Counted from the whole stretch's first letter, positions 11,106 through 24,608 are shown. The stretch: DNA of 63,041 nt, filler included, from Polymyxa betae A26-41 (GCA_003693705.1; 4 parts of 4 records of this genome joined end to end with filler, not necessarily neighbours in it), one strand, 5' to 3'. The notes: a model not told the origin generated them from the letters alone. Numbers and translations are program-made.

Positions 11106-14100
11106 ATGGATGTTCTGCACTGGGTCGCACTGGTCGGCAGCCTGGTCGTGCTGGCCCGGGCCGTCCCCGACCCGCACGCATCCGACATCTACGTCGCCCT
11201 GCGCGATCACTGCCACTATGCGCGGGCGGCGTTGCGCTGCACGCCGGCCATACCCGTCCACGACGGTGCCGTCCCCTTCGAACTGACCGTTTATCATCAA
11301 TACGTTCGCAATGATGATCGGGTACGGCAACGCTCTTCACTGCTTTTCTGTCTCGGCATTTTTTCCGGATTTTCAATTTGAAACGTTTCATTCAACATTT
11401 TTCAATTAAAAAGTTTCATTCAAACATTTTCAAATTACAAAGTTTCATTCACCATTTTCGCTTTGCTCCAATGTTCACGGCAATCGTTAGATCGAGGAGC
11501 TCATGCATGGAAACAATAAGACATCTCGACTCGACGTTCTGTTTTCGTTTAATTACGTGGGCGCCGACCCCGACCAGCATCGGAAATTCGTTGAGAGGTA
11601 TCGAGGCGTGATCGCCGCCGATCTGATGGACGAAGCGGTCGTATCCGCGGACGCTGTCGAACTGTTCCTGCGCGATTATCTCCCTTTTCACGAACTTCAA
11701 GCGATTGTCTTTGAAGTCGCCCTGCGACGATTAGGTCGTGCTGGCCCCTCGGGTCATGATGCGATCGCCAATATATCGCGGATATCGAATGGTACCGTGT
11801 TGATTGCTGCCCTGAACAACGCCATTCCTCCTTCCAGGTAATTTTTTCGCTTTTCCAGGATTTGTCTCTACATTTCTGCAAATAATTTCGATCTTGTTCT
11901 GTTACACAACTATCGTTCTGTCCGTATTTATTACGCGGTAGGTGTGGCGATACATCAGTATGGGAAGAGTTCTGTGAACTTATCGAACGAACTCCGTCGA
12001 TCCCGGACAGCGCTTATTACGACCTGATCGTGACCAGCTTGACGAATGTTGCTGAGTCCGACCTCAACATTCCTGATCGCGAATTACGCTCTCAGACCCA
12101 GGCTGGGCTCTTCTACCGTCTCTTCATATTGCTCGCAGACTGTCATACAACCCCTTCGGATCGATTCGGCTCGTTTCTGTCCCGGATCATGAACGCCATT
12201 CTCGCGGTCGATCTGCGGGAGATCTCGGCCGACGCCCTCGCTCAGCTCTGCCGAATTCTACGAACGATCGCGGAACGGACTCCGCCGGACTCCGTGCTGC
12301 TCGGCTATGAGGACGGCGATCTGCGCAACGATGCCGTCTGCGACCTGCTCTCTCGCAAGTAACGTTATATCCGACTCGGTCATTCCTGTTACCGTAACGC
12401 TCACGTTACACAACAGGTTCCGCAGTCTGTGGTCCAGCTCGAACCCGGACTTGATCGCCATTGTCGACGTGATTCTCGGCGGCGTTCGCGGAGACGATCT
12501 GCAATTCACCCAACGCCTGTTCCGTCAAATGTGCGTCGCACACTCCGTGGCCGTACTGGACCCCCCCCCCCCCGATGGCTTATTGCTCGACAGTGTCCAG
12601 TTACCGATCGTCGATCACGCCGCCTTTCGACAACTCGTTCAGCGTCTGAGACGGCATTTCTCGCGCCTCGCTCGAGATGGCGGCGACGTGTGCGCGATCG
12701 TCGAGTTCCTGTTCGGGTACCACAGGTGGGTGGTGCTGCCCCCCCCCCAGGCCCCAGGCTACACGAAACCCTAAAACCCTATTTTAGTGGTATTGTGGAT
12801 CTGGAGGTGGAGGCGGATCGTTCATCGATGTTGATGTGGCCTCTGATCTATGATCTATTACCAGATCCGGACCTGCTGCATATCGTCCGATGCTCGATCG
12901 CCCTCGTCATGAATCTGGGTCAGAATCTCACCGTATTCGGATGGTTGACGCCCTACGTCGCCGATATCCTACACAAGACCGGCGTCAATCCTTTCGCCGG
13001 GCAACTCGCACTTCTCAAGAACGTCATCAAGTACGACCTGCACTTGTTTCTACGGTTTCATGACTTGGCTATTTCACATTCTTTTTTTTCGAATTTTTTT
13101 CTTATTTCCAGACTGATTTTTATCCACAGATTCGGCTGTATGGATGAACGTCTCTTGACCATCTGCGTCCATCACCTCGCTCCGCGCGAAGCCCGTCACA
13201 TCGCCCTCTGGGCCCTCGATCACCTCGCTCCATGGCAATGGGCCAGTACGTTCAGCGACGTCGTCGCCCGGACGGTCGCGGCCTCTCCCCGCGACCTCGA
13301 CCACGTTCTCGGCGCCGTCTTCGCCCAGCATTCGGCCCGCGCCGATCTCGAATCGTTCACGCGTGTGGCGCTGCTCTCCACGGACCTGCCGACCGCCGTC
13401 GTACTGGACCCGGGCCGGTCGCTGCCCGGCCTCGTCGCCTGGCTGTTCGAGTACGCGGCGCGCGAACCGCGGCTCGGGTTTCTGCGATTTGCCGATCTGC
13501 TGATGCGGGCGTGCTGGACCGCCGCCGATCGCGGCCTCGATCTGGACCCGGTCCGTGACGTCCGGCGGCGATTCGGCAGCGACCACGACCGGTGCGACTT
13601 CGTCGCGTACGTGCTGGACGATGCGGATTCGGATCAGCGCCGAATCGGGTCTGGGACGCAGCTGCGTGAAGGCGGCGGCCATGAAGGTCGTCGCCTGGCG
13701 CTGGTTGGCGCTCTGATCATCGATCAGGTTCTGCAGCAGCGCTGGACCATCGATCAGGATTGTCGCGATCTGCCGTATCTCAGGAAATTGCTGCGGGCGA
13801 TCTGCTTTAGGTCGGTTGCAGCACCTTCATATTTTTTATTTCTTATAATATCGCCTTTTTGATTCGGTGATGATTTTTGTATTCGCGTCGAACTTTTTTT
13901 ACAATAATAATTCGAGTTTTTTTCTGCAATTCACTTTTATATTGGTTTTGCTCTTGCTAGATAGTAAATAGTTGATAACTGGCGTTATAACACAGTTTGT
14001 GTGAGAGGTCAGGCGCGACCATGGATGACGATTCGGACGCGATTCCGGATCTGGACCTTATTTCACAAGCAGTTCGTCTAGTTCGGGATTCACACCCAGA

Positions 14101-14227
14101 ACTTCGCTCATTTGTGCTGGAGATCGTGGCCGTTTTTGCAGAAGAATTCCCGTCAATTTCACGATCGCTTTCATTTCCAGATTCAGTTCACGATTGTCAC
14201 AGTTGTGGTCCCAAATTGCTTAAATAA
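11106..14227 (+). CDS. Large signal-peptide, probably alpha-helical, hypothetical protein (>=7 exons)
   Basis: MDVLHWVALVGSLVVLARA-VPD signal peptide; GC-rich exons join in frame across GT-AG introns (..DDR|IEELM.., ..PPSR|CGD.., ..SRK|FRSLW.., ..YHS|GIVD.., ..FLR|FGC.., ..ICFS|LCER..); 3' end uncertain. Confidence 0.65.
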
Positions 14228-15525
14228 CTCTTTATCCGAAAGATTGTAATGATGATTACAAATGAGCTTGCAATTCCGTTTTGTAGCTAATGTAGTTTCC
14301 ATGATCGTTTTTCTGGGTTCAAACGATTTCAGAGCGCTCAGCGTATTCCGGGATGTTGAATCAGTCCGGTCGCTCCTGATCTTCGTTTTATGAAAGTTTA
14401 ATTTCGTTCAATAATGCAAAAAAAAGCAGACAGACAGTTGTTGGTTCCTTTGCCGGAAATTCCTGAAGTCAGAAATCGACGTCTCACAAATATCTGCAAG
14501 CGTTATAATCTGAGGGTTCGAGCAACAGGAGTTTTGTCAGATTTGTTCGATATTGTTGTAGTCAGAGTCTACTTAATAAAAATTACTCTGGTTGCCGCTG
14601 CCTCCCAGTAATTTAGCCTTCAGCACCATCATCAATCGATCATGCTTTTCCTGGCGAGCATGCTCACGTAAACGATCATCTTGTGCTTGCGGGTCGATAA
14701 AAGAGCTCCATTTTCCCGCTGCATTTACAGATCTCTTGCAGCTTGCGGTTCTTTCCGGAACTGACACCTTGCAAAGTCCTGATACACTTGAATGAAACCT
14801 TGCCCTAACGGTACAAACAGAGCGAAAGGCAGAAAATCAAAATCATTCATTTATCGCCGTGAAACTTCTTCATGTGACGTTTGGGTCATGCAGGATTTGA
14901 CAGCAGCTGTGATGCCGGTTTAGCCACTTGGCTCTGCCGTTTTGACAGGAGCAACAATATCCGTAACCATCAAGAATAACTTTCAGATTGTCACGTAACA
15001 TTCACTATAGAAAGCTGGCCTACTGGTCAAAAATCCGGATAAACACCGGGTGCATGTGGGAATCCTGATTAACAGTTACACGGGCATTTGTTTGAAATCC
15101 GCATAAAAACTCCGTGTGCTATTCAGTATTGAAAAACTGTATCAAACGATTTTTGGATCTTCGACTTGTTAGGGTTTAAAACATGCTTCATTTAAACCCA
15201 TTATAAACCAATACAACCGATTTGTTCTTGAAATGAGAACGCTACACCAATCTAAAAAATTCCGTAACAGGATCGACAGAATCAAAACTTTCATACACAA
15301 AACGGGCTCTGAAAACAACCACAGCTGAGTCACTTCAGACTTCGGACGTAACCGACTGGATCAGTAGCAATGATGCTCCCCTTTAACCCGCATCTCATCT
15401 CAGCCATTAGAACAAATCATTAGTGATTCTGATATCTAATTTCCAATCTCATGGCCTGAGCCGTGAGTTTCGTTGAACGCGCCAATACGAATTTGAGTTC
15501 GCAATTTGAGGGTTCGTACGACCTT

Positions 15526-15599
15526 GGGGAATTGGTGTAGTTGGTCATCACGCGTCGTTAGCAACGACGAGGTCGGGGTTTCGACTACCCCATTCTCCA
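15526..15599 (+). tRNA. tRNA-Ala(AGC)
   Basis: Acceptor stem GGGGAAT/ATTCTCC with G3:U70; anticodon arm CGTCG-TTAGCAA-CGACG; TTCGA T-loop; T-run terminator. Confidence 0.93.
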
Positions 15600-16116
15600 T
15601 TCTTTTTTGAAATCTGTTTCACATTGTTTTCTACTTTTGACATTTCAATTGGTACCGTATCATAGCAAAAACTCTTTTTGTGTTCTAAGATATCTCATTC
15701 AGGAGGGATACGAAACCGTTTCCACCAGGATTATTCTTCAAAGCGGCCGTCGCAAACACATATAACGCCGGGATCTGTTCCAGAAAGGCTTGTATTCGAG
15801 TACCGATTGACTATTATTCACTTTAGCGATTCTCAAGCGCTGCAGATTTATCTCTTTATTATCTGAGACTGAGAAAGGCTATCGTTCACGATATCTATTC
15901 CGAGCTGCAAGCCTTTTAGCAAAAAAGCATAGTACATTTCTCGAATATCGTTACATTGGAATGGGATCGTCAACGTTGTTGAAAATGCCTGGCCGGCGTC
16001 GCTGTTACCTTGCGCTCAAGGACATGCGGGAATTCAGGTTAAGCTCCAGAACTTTCAGGGAATTCATTAGCAGAGCAATGTCAGAAACTTGTGAAGCAAT
16101 CCAAAACCAAAAAACT

Positions 16117-16203
16117 AGCCCACGGCGGGGCTCGAACCCGCAGCCTTGGGATGAACCCTAGATCTGTAAGAGTCCCACGCTCTACCGATTGAGCTACGCG
16201 GGC
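16117..16203 (-). tRNA. tRNA-Lys(CTT) with 14-nt intron
   Basis: GCCCGCGTAGCTCAATCGGTAGAGCG-TGGGA-CTCTTA[cagatctagggttc]A-TCCCA...GGTTCGAGCCCC..CGTGGGCT, then poly-T. Confidence 0.93.
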
Positions 16204-18777
16204 CAGCTGATGAATAGTACAGTTTCGTGAACATACTGGTTCAAGACTCCGTTCGATTCACCCCAGATATCGCAATTGCAACGTTATACGGGATAATGAC
16301 TTATCGTACGAAATTTTTCATGGCTTGATGTCACGGAAACTGAGTTCAAGTTCTGACGATCTCTCATGCAACATTTCTTGCCAATTCCAATGAATTCACC
16401 ACAAATCTTTTTACACTCAATCAAATGTACGGCTGCGATGCAAAATTTTATTGACCTTGAGAGGCTGGCTCTGTCATTTAGCTGTACCGCGATCTTTCCC
16501 GAAGTCAACAGATGTACAGCTAGCAATCACGTTCTTAACCGCTCTGACAAACTTCATTGCGGAATGTCTGGGCTACTACCACCTTCGCCATAGTCGGCAT
16601 CTGACTGGCTATTCTCTCAACTTTAACAGATGAAAAAAATCGGTAATATGAGCTCATGATCTGAATATGTAAGACCAAGTAGGTGGTAGAAGTCTCTGTA
16701 CCACCTGTTGCTATACAAATTTAAGCAATCCAAATCAATCGGTTCCCACCTCCCTGGTACTATTGGATTGGATTGGACTTATGTAGATGTTAGCACCAAT
16801 AAATACTGGGCGTGGTAGAAGACTCATTGACCCGTGCGAGGGGCCTGACCTCCCACCAAGTTCATAGGCTTCGATGGAACATAGAATTACGCCTTCGTGG
16901 ATACGATGACTTTGATGGGACTCATTCACGGGGCACCAGACAATGACAAAATGCAGTTCCACAATCAGTGAAATTGCTTGCAGCTTGCGATCGCCCAAAA
17001 CCCAGGCAATTTTTAATGATGGAGTTGCCAGTTTCCAACAGCCTTAAACGCTTGAAGAGATGAGTAGAGACCTGGAAACGTGAACAGGGTAATCAATAGA
17101 CCAATCCATACAAGGAGTCGCACCAAAAATTCAAGGCCTTGGATTCGAACCCACCACCTAGCGATGGCAGCGCCCATATGAACCAACTTCAACAGCCGCG
17201 GCTTAAAACAAGCATTCCTTCCAATATCTGGTTCTTGGAGACCAATTGACATTTTTATACAAATTCGCAAGAGCATCAGCATCAGCATTGGCACCATAGT
17301 AATTAATCCATCAGATTCTAAGCAGCTCTGTTAAAGCAGAGAGCGCTACATAAGGCGAGAGTAACAGCAGGATCGAGCATCGATTTTGTGGCTCTGGGTC
17401 AAGGCTCAGGCTTGACTTAAAGGGCTACCAAGACTCCCAGACAGAAACCGCTCCCTACTTTTAGTTGTTGAAATCAACGACGTCCTCCTTTATAAGTCGT
17501 ATCGACAACCCGACCAATGACACAGACCTGGCTGATCGCGTGTTTCTGACGACGATCCCTTATAGTTTTGTGTCCACAGATGATCCTGAGTTACGTTTGC
17601 AAACGATGGATTGAATTTTGTTCGACAAATTGAATGTAATAAGATATAGTAGTCTCTGCTATCAGCTATGTGATCCTTTCTCATTCCATTTCCGATAATT
17701 AAGTCAAAAGATTTTTTTGAAGAGCGCATCCATTCTATACATACCTCCATCTAGATAGAGAAGCTGCTGGCTATCTGTTGGAACATGCTGTGAGACGATC
17801 ATTGTCGATTGACGTCGCTGTCCAGTTTCGCGGCAGTCATGTACTTGATAAGTACGACAGCTTGCAGGTTTGACAAGTACGCTACTGTTTGATAAAGTTA
17901 TCGACGAGCAAAAAAGAATGGAGCGTGCGGTAGTCGAAACCGCGACCTCATCGTTGCGAACGATGCGTGATAACCAACTACACCAACGCCCCAGATTCCT
18001 GGACATAACCAGTCAAGGATTGACTACTTGGAAATCGTCGTGACAATGCGATCTCTCTATCGTGTTGCAATTAAAGTATTGTATCTCCAAATGGAAAAAT
18101 TTCAGGTTTACAGCATATTTGGCAGAGGGATATTATACGGCTTGGATTCCATCAAGGTATATTATCTTTTAACATGAACTTTTTTTAGCAGGGTCCTCCC
18201 CATGATCCTAGTTTTTTGCTTTTTTCAATGAATGTGATCACCTCACCTGTTTGTGTCAAGTTGATCATTTTTTACTGTAAAATATCTGTATGATTAAATG
18301 CTTTTGATGGCGTTTTGATCACCTAGGCAAATTGTTAGGCAATTGACAGGACAGTCGTGATGTAACCAGGGAACAGCTTTCGTGGATCCTTAGTCCTGGT
18401 CTAGTTGTCTCCGCATTGTAAGAACAAGCTCTTCTGTGTTGTGTACATTGAGCCGTCTAAGCCATCTAAACTTCTCCACAGGACTCCTTGTGTTTCCATT
18501 ATGGTGGAAAGGTGTCTTCAAGCTAGCGATATCCAGCGACGTCCACGAAATCCTAACCCAACCAATGACAGTATAGTGTAGCCACTTCAACAACTGATTA
18601 TCGCTGACACCATCGACCACAGCCTCAGCGTCGCTAATGTGATCATCTCTATTGAGCCTCAACTATATTTTACTAGACTTGAGTTAAACCAATCGCAGAG
18701 AGCAAGCAAAATTGGAGCGTTGCGATGTGATTGTCATGAATTAGGGATGTTTGCAAAACATCAATCCAAAAAAATAA

Positions 18778-18859
18778 CGATTCGGACGAGATTCGAACTC
18801 GCGCGCCCAGAAGGCAGCCACTTAGCAGGCGACCGTGTTAACCACTCCACCACCGAATC
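18778..18859 (-). tRNA. tRNA-Ser(GCT)
   Basis: Acceptor stem GATTCGG/CCGAATC with G73; anticodon loop CT-GCT-AA; long variable arm; GTTCGAATC; poly-T downstream. Confidence 0.9.
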
Positions 18860-19538
18860 ATCTTCTGGTGTTTGTCAATTAGGGTCTTTGGTTTATGCAT
18901 CAACGAAGAAAAGACGCCGCTCGTGATCACGAAAGGTGAGCAGTTGCGAGGTTTTAAGGTGATTCAATGCTAAAGATTTCGCTTGGAATTTCAGGTAACG
19001 GAAGGCATGGATGACGTTCTGTGTTTGGAAAATTTTCCTTTCCAGTTTGTGCCATATTTGTCGCTCGAAGCGTTGTTACGTTCTCCTCAGCATGGATAAT
19101 GCTACTAACAGCATTCTAATTGGTTGCGAGCTAGAGTTTATCCAGTCAATCAGTTCATACCAATTATCGAACATCGCTGTGCTCTATTTTCCTCTTAATA
19201 TCACCTCCGTGCGGCCTGCGGCAGAAACGGGTTACCGTATATAACGTCTGCCCTGCCGTGCCCTCGGCAGTCACCGCAATCAATACCGGCCCAAGCCCGA
19301 GACAGTCCGCAGCCCGAAGGAGCGCCCCCCAAGTGAAAGCAGCCCCGGCACGGACTTCAAATCAAGCGTTATTCCCATTCTGTCAACCTAAAGGCCGCAT
19401 GCTCCTGCGAGTCTTCGGCTGACCTCTCTCCTTGAAATTCCTCAAGTGAAAGGATTGTCAATCATCGATCTACCGTCTCCATTATTCTGAAAGATACACT
19501 TAATGTCATTGTAGAAAGGGAGGACTGTATATATTAAA

Positions 19539-20016
19539 TTATCTGTCCCCTTCACCATCTAGATCTATAATCTCGATATCGTTATTGGCCGGATACTTGT
19601 TGTTTAAAGTGATATCACGAAAACGTTCAGCAGCAGATATGTTGCTATTGGCTGGATAGTTCTCATCGGGCTCGTATTCGTCAAATATGGCATTGCAGCC
19701 TTCAAGTACATTCAATAAATTGTTGGCTTCACTTAGAATTTCGGCCTAAATTAGAGTAATCAGAAAACTAGACGAATTTAAAGGAGAAATTCATACAAAA
19801 GAATCCCATTAAAACATGTAAACTATATTCATGAACCTTAGCTAGCAGACATTGCATTTCAGTGTGCTCCATTGCATAATTCAAACCGACTAGTTGGCGA
19901 AGTCGCGACGATTCGGCCCCATCCGATAGGCGATTCTCTCGGAGAGCCTGTTCAGCCCTGGACGCCACAGACCCTAAGGGTAGCTTGAGCCGATCTGGAC
20001 CGGCGCCTGGGTCCAT
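19539..20016 (-). CDS. Two-exon hypothetical protein
   Basis: Exon 1 MDPGAG...CLLAK|gt joins ag|AEILSEANN...DGEGDR* in frame. Confidence 0.5.
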
Positions 20017-22398
20017 CGATGTTCGATAGTGAACCGGCGATGAAGGAACCTTTCGCCCTTTCTAGAGAACGCCAACTTGGTAAAGTGACATCGACACGGT
20101 TATGCGCCACTTACGCAGGGTTGCGCCACACGCAGTAACATTCCAGAGTCCAATTCTTACTTAGGGTTAGGGTTTTCACCTTCCCTAAGAGCAAGGGCAC
20201 CGGGCGCAATTATCATTATCATCACATATTAAATTTTATAATATAAATTTAAGGATTTGTGCGAGGTTTTCCAGCGCATCACTTAAAGCTGGATCAATCT
20301 AGACGGTGGTTTTCCTATCTGGGGAATGAAAGCAGCAACGACAGCGACAGCCACGATGACTTACTGCATCAGTCTGGTCGGAAAGATCGTAAAAGGGAGC
20401 TATAATCTTCGCTGGACAAGTATCTCTTGACACCAGGTTGTTTGCCCTTTTTTACGAGCCGCGACATTGACGACATCGGTCGGCTGCATATAATGCTACC
20501 AATCAAACCGGCTATCAGATTTGATACGCAGTTTAAAGATTCATTAAAATTTAAACGTGGGATACTTTTTGATGGTTCCCGGTGGAAGACGAAATCATTA
20601 AATTTATCATTACTTCTAATGATAGTGATAAAGATAATTGCGAGCGGTGCAAATGCTCTAATTCTGGCTTTCAGTGGCTATTTTCTTATTGATTGTTTTT
20701 TGTGTACGTATATTGCCTATAGACATTTGAACTGGATAGGATTTAAGCTCGAGGTATTTCTATCAACCCCGTTTGAATTATTCTTGTACGGGGCAAGTGT
20801 TTGAAGCCAGAATGGAGTATGTAAAACTTAGTGAAATTGGTCGATGACGAAGCAGCCTGTACAACCTCTAAAAACAAGTAATTTCACTGCAACGTATCCT
20901 CTGAATTGCTATGATAATACTATATGGTTTCAAGATAACGTTATCTATTGAGAATCAGAATCGAATGGTGCAGAAACGACCTCTCATAGCGATATCAGCC
21001 AACAGACGATTTGAGCTAACCAATGATTTACAACAAACAATTGCTGAAAATTATACAAACTTGAATTTATAAACAATCAAGAACGCCACGCAGAGCTCAA
21101 ACATGCAGATAGTGGTAGGATTCCATTTTAGCAACTGTTGAGAAAATGATTCCGGCTTCAATCTCAATCCAATGAGTGGCATACAGGCCATACTGATGAT
21201 ATCAGTGTGGCAGCTAATGCAACATCGCCATTAATGATTAACCAGGCCATCATGCTCACGATCAGGCCGATCTCAACCCACAACACGTTTTTTCGATGAC
21301 GAGATAAGAGCCATTGACGAGCTTCTTCATCTTCTTGAAAGCATGGATCTTCGTCCTCCTCATTTCGTGAATCAATAGGACACTTGTTGTGGTAACAATG
21401 TGCTGTCATTGGTAGGAGCTGAATCTAGCTGTAATGAACTGTTTCAGATTGTGATAGGCTGGAATGTAATGAAATCAGCTTTGTCAACATTGACGTGCTC
21501 TTTCTGGATGATGAACAGAATTGGGATCGGTAACAGCATCACAAATGATGCTTCTTCTAAAGTCCTCCCTGTAACACCGATTCAGTGATCAAAATACAAT
21601 TAGAAAACCGTTCAACGATCAACCTGAAATTTGAGAGGTGTGGAAAGTTCCAATACATATTGTCTAATAGCGGCTTGATTGTAATGCGAAAGCACCAGAG
21701 CATTTCATTGCATATCAGCTTTGCTGAGACGTTCAGCTGCTCTTCAGCACCGGAAAGCACACTTGGAAAAAACTCACCAAAATATATGCAGCATTTCACG
21801 CTTTTTGTGATATGTCCTCTTCGAGATTACGGAGCCCAATCCGCCCCATAGGGCATTGGTTACCAAAAGTCACTGATTAGGGGGTTGAAGCATTCCCAGA
21901 TCATATTCTCATCAAAACGCATGATCGGGTTCGGGTCTGCACTTCTCACAGCTGGTATCTGGTTCCTTCCGTTGAACGGAATGAATAGGAGATCAGATCG
22001 CAGGCAGATATTATGCAAGGCCGTGCCTGAATACAGACGACAATACTCTTGTGAAGCAGCGCCCAGTCAAAACTGATCGTCTTCATTCGAGCTTATGTAG
22101 ATGAGCGGCCTCACATTTGAATGATGTTTTGGTCTATCATATCTTAATCATGAATCTGGACATAAATTACTACGTCCTGGACTATTTCATTCAACTTACA
22201 GAAAGCTCCAGAATATCATTTTGTCATAGCTGACAGTGCGACACACCTTTACACAACTCGTTCTGACAACAAGTATTGGTTATTAACGTTGAGCTGGTAT
22301 GGCGCAGCCATCAAACCTGTTTCTTTGAGAACAATGCTGTATTGAATCAGAGGTGGTGGCTCTATCGTGCTCTTCTAATCGCTGAAGGCTTAACCAGT

Positions 22399-22579
22399 AC
22401 CCATTGTAAAGAGACAGGCCGGTTTGAATGAATGGAATACGATCAGAGTATCAATCGACAGTATAAGTACATTATTTATCTTCTGATCAATACGTTCATT
22501 CTACTATTCGGCCTAAAAAAATAATGCAATTATACTGTCGATTGATACTCTGATCGTATTCCATTTACATACAATGGGT
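22399..22579. repeat. Foldback / MITE-like inverted repeat
   Basis: AATGGAATACGATCAGAGTATCAATCGACAGTATAA (from 22431) has its reverse complement ending at 22565; outer pair ACCCATTGTA / TACAATGGGT. Confidence 0.8.
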
Positions 22580-24039
22580 CTAATGAAGGAGATGACACGA
22601 AACTGTTGTTTTCTTGAAAGCAAGCGTTGCCATGTAGAGCATGAAAAAAGCAGCTGTTGGAAGCATAGCCGTCTCAAGCATCTTTTTAAAGAAATAAAGT
22701 CTAATTCTATACGACTATATTGCCAGAATTACGAATGAGGCCTTGTAGCTTTAAAATTGTGACACCAAACCAACAACTAAAATGAAAACTCGGCGTCGTC
22801 AACATGGTTATACAGCAGATCACCAAATTTCCAACATTGAAGCCTGTTGCCCTGACTTCCATTTGAAAGCTTGATAAGGACGAAGCCCCATCAGCTTGAT
22901 ATTCGTCTTCTAACTGAAAGAATGTGAGATCTCTGGCAGAATCAGTTCTTGACACGGATGCACTCGTCAGGCTAAACAACTTTCAAGCACAAATGATCGT
23001 TTATATTGCGGATCATGACTGCGGCTACAATGCGATTTCGAACCAGTTTGTAATGTACAAACTGAGGGTCATCGTGCTATTTCTTCAACCGCATATGGCA
23101 GCTGATTAAGACCTTGTTTTAGAATGCCAGCGTAGAATTATAGAGGATACGAATTGATGTACATTTCACAGAAAGAAGTTTCAGGAAGATCACAACGATT
23201 ATAGCGCATGGCTCCAGATAGATTTATGTCCGAATTCACTTCATTATGCTCATGATATTGAGTGTCATAAAGTGAAATGGCGTCCAAATAATGAGTTCAA
23301 TTGTCGGGTTTCGTCTCAGCTCGTAACCCATTGATGCTGCTGAAATCAAGGTTACTGATCGCTCTCAAATGCAGAAACCCTCTCTGTATGAAAGATCGAG
23401 ATTCAACTAATCACGTGTTCACTATTCATAAATTGTGTCTCACGAGAAAGGATCGCCGGTCTGATCATGTTCTGATCTTGCATGACCAGAATGCCAATCA
23501 GTTTTCACATAGGCGTGTGCCTCCTGATCTCGACAGAATCTGGTTATCGCGGTGAATAGTCTGTTTGGGAATACTGGGCCAGCCCAGTATTGGTGTCTGG
23601 GGGAGTCTCGGGGCCAGCGGAATCATCGGGGCGGCTGAGATCGGAGACGCTGGGGTTCTGCGATCGTCGCCTTAGATGATTAAGCCTGGTTTGCAGCATG
23701 GTCCTGGATAGCATGATGTTTGATGCTTGAACAAGAGATGGTAGAACGGGATCTGATAGCGGGCAGTCCGTGAGTATGCGATACTACTGCGTAGTTTCGC
23801 TTTGCATTCGACAATATACACTCCTTTGGTTTTAGGTAAAAGGGCCGCAAAGAACAGGCGCCATTGCAATCTGGAAATAAGCTGCAATGGCGCTCATCAA
23901 AGGTTTCTTTAAGAATATGGAGAAGGGCAGTATTTAAGCTGAGGGTTTGACCAAGAAGGACTTTTCACCGGAATTCGAATGCAAGCGTCTAGGGGGTTGA
24001 AGACTTTCTGGCTCTAATAAACAGTACTTTCATGAAATA

Positions 24040-24126
24040 GCCCGCGTAGCTCAATCGGTAGAGCGTGGGACTCTTACAGATGTAGGGTTCATCCCAAGGC
24101 TGCGGGTTCGAGCCCCGCCGTGGGCT
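24040..24126 (+). tRNA. tRNA-Lys(CTT) with 14-nt intron (second copy)
   Basis: Identical to 16117-16203 except one intron base (cagatGtagggttc); poly-T terminator. Confidence 0.93.
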
Positions 24127-24608
24127 AGTTTTTTTTGTTCACAAATTGCCAACAGGTTGACAGTAGAGCTGAAGCTGAACATACCCCCAATTGCTGACAA
24201 TTTAAATATTTTAACTAAAAAATTATTGTACCGGTATAAGCTCCCAAACCCTAACGTGTCATTGGTCTTGAAAGCCACACACAGACACGTTGCCATCATA
24301 TGATATCGAAGATCATCGCGACAGGTAGCGCCGCAAGATTCCCAGCCGTTGAGTACTCAGCCGTGAATGTAAAGCGCGCCTCTGAGAAGTCTGAACAGCG
24401 AACCGTCAAATTTGCGCCCGTGGAAGTATATTGTAACGAAATCGAATCTGTAACCAGTGCGGCAGTATTGGGATCTCACACATTAATGGTGAAGAATCAT
24501 TGGACAGTTTTTAACAGAAATTTCATCAGAGAACGTCCAGGAACAGGCTCAAGCGATCATTGCTGAGATTTAAAGGCCGGCGAATGCATCCTCATTGTTC
24601 CAAAGTAA

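Noticed and set aside
13074-13682. 202-aa antisense ORF and similar shadow ORFs at 53073-53992
   Set aside because: Expected shadows of GC-rich coding exons on another strand or frame
16300-18700. Coding-like minus-strand stretches
   Set aside because: Many stops and frameshifts and no recognisable motif; cannot assign a product
19200-19410. Telomerase RNA, SRP RNA or group I intron identity for the GC-rich island
   Set aside because: Only a partial AACCTAAA and a TCCGCAGC look-alike; the required template and core motifs are missing
20280-23900. Several partial ORFs on both strands
   Set aside because: Could not be spliced into a consistent model; probably decayed genes
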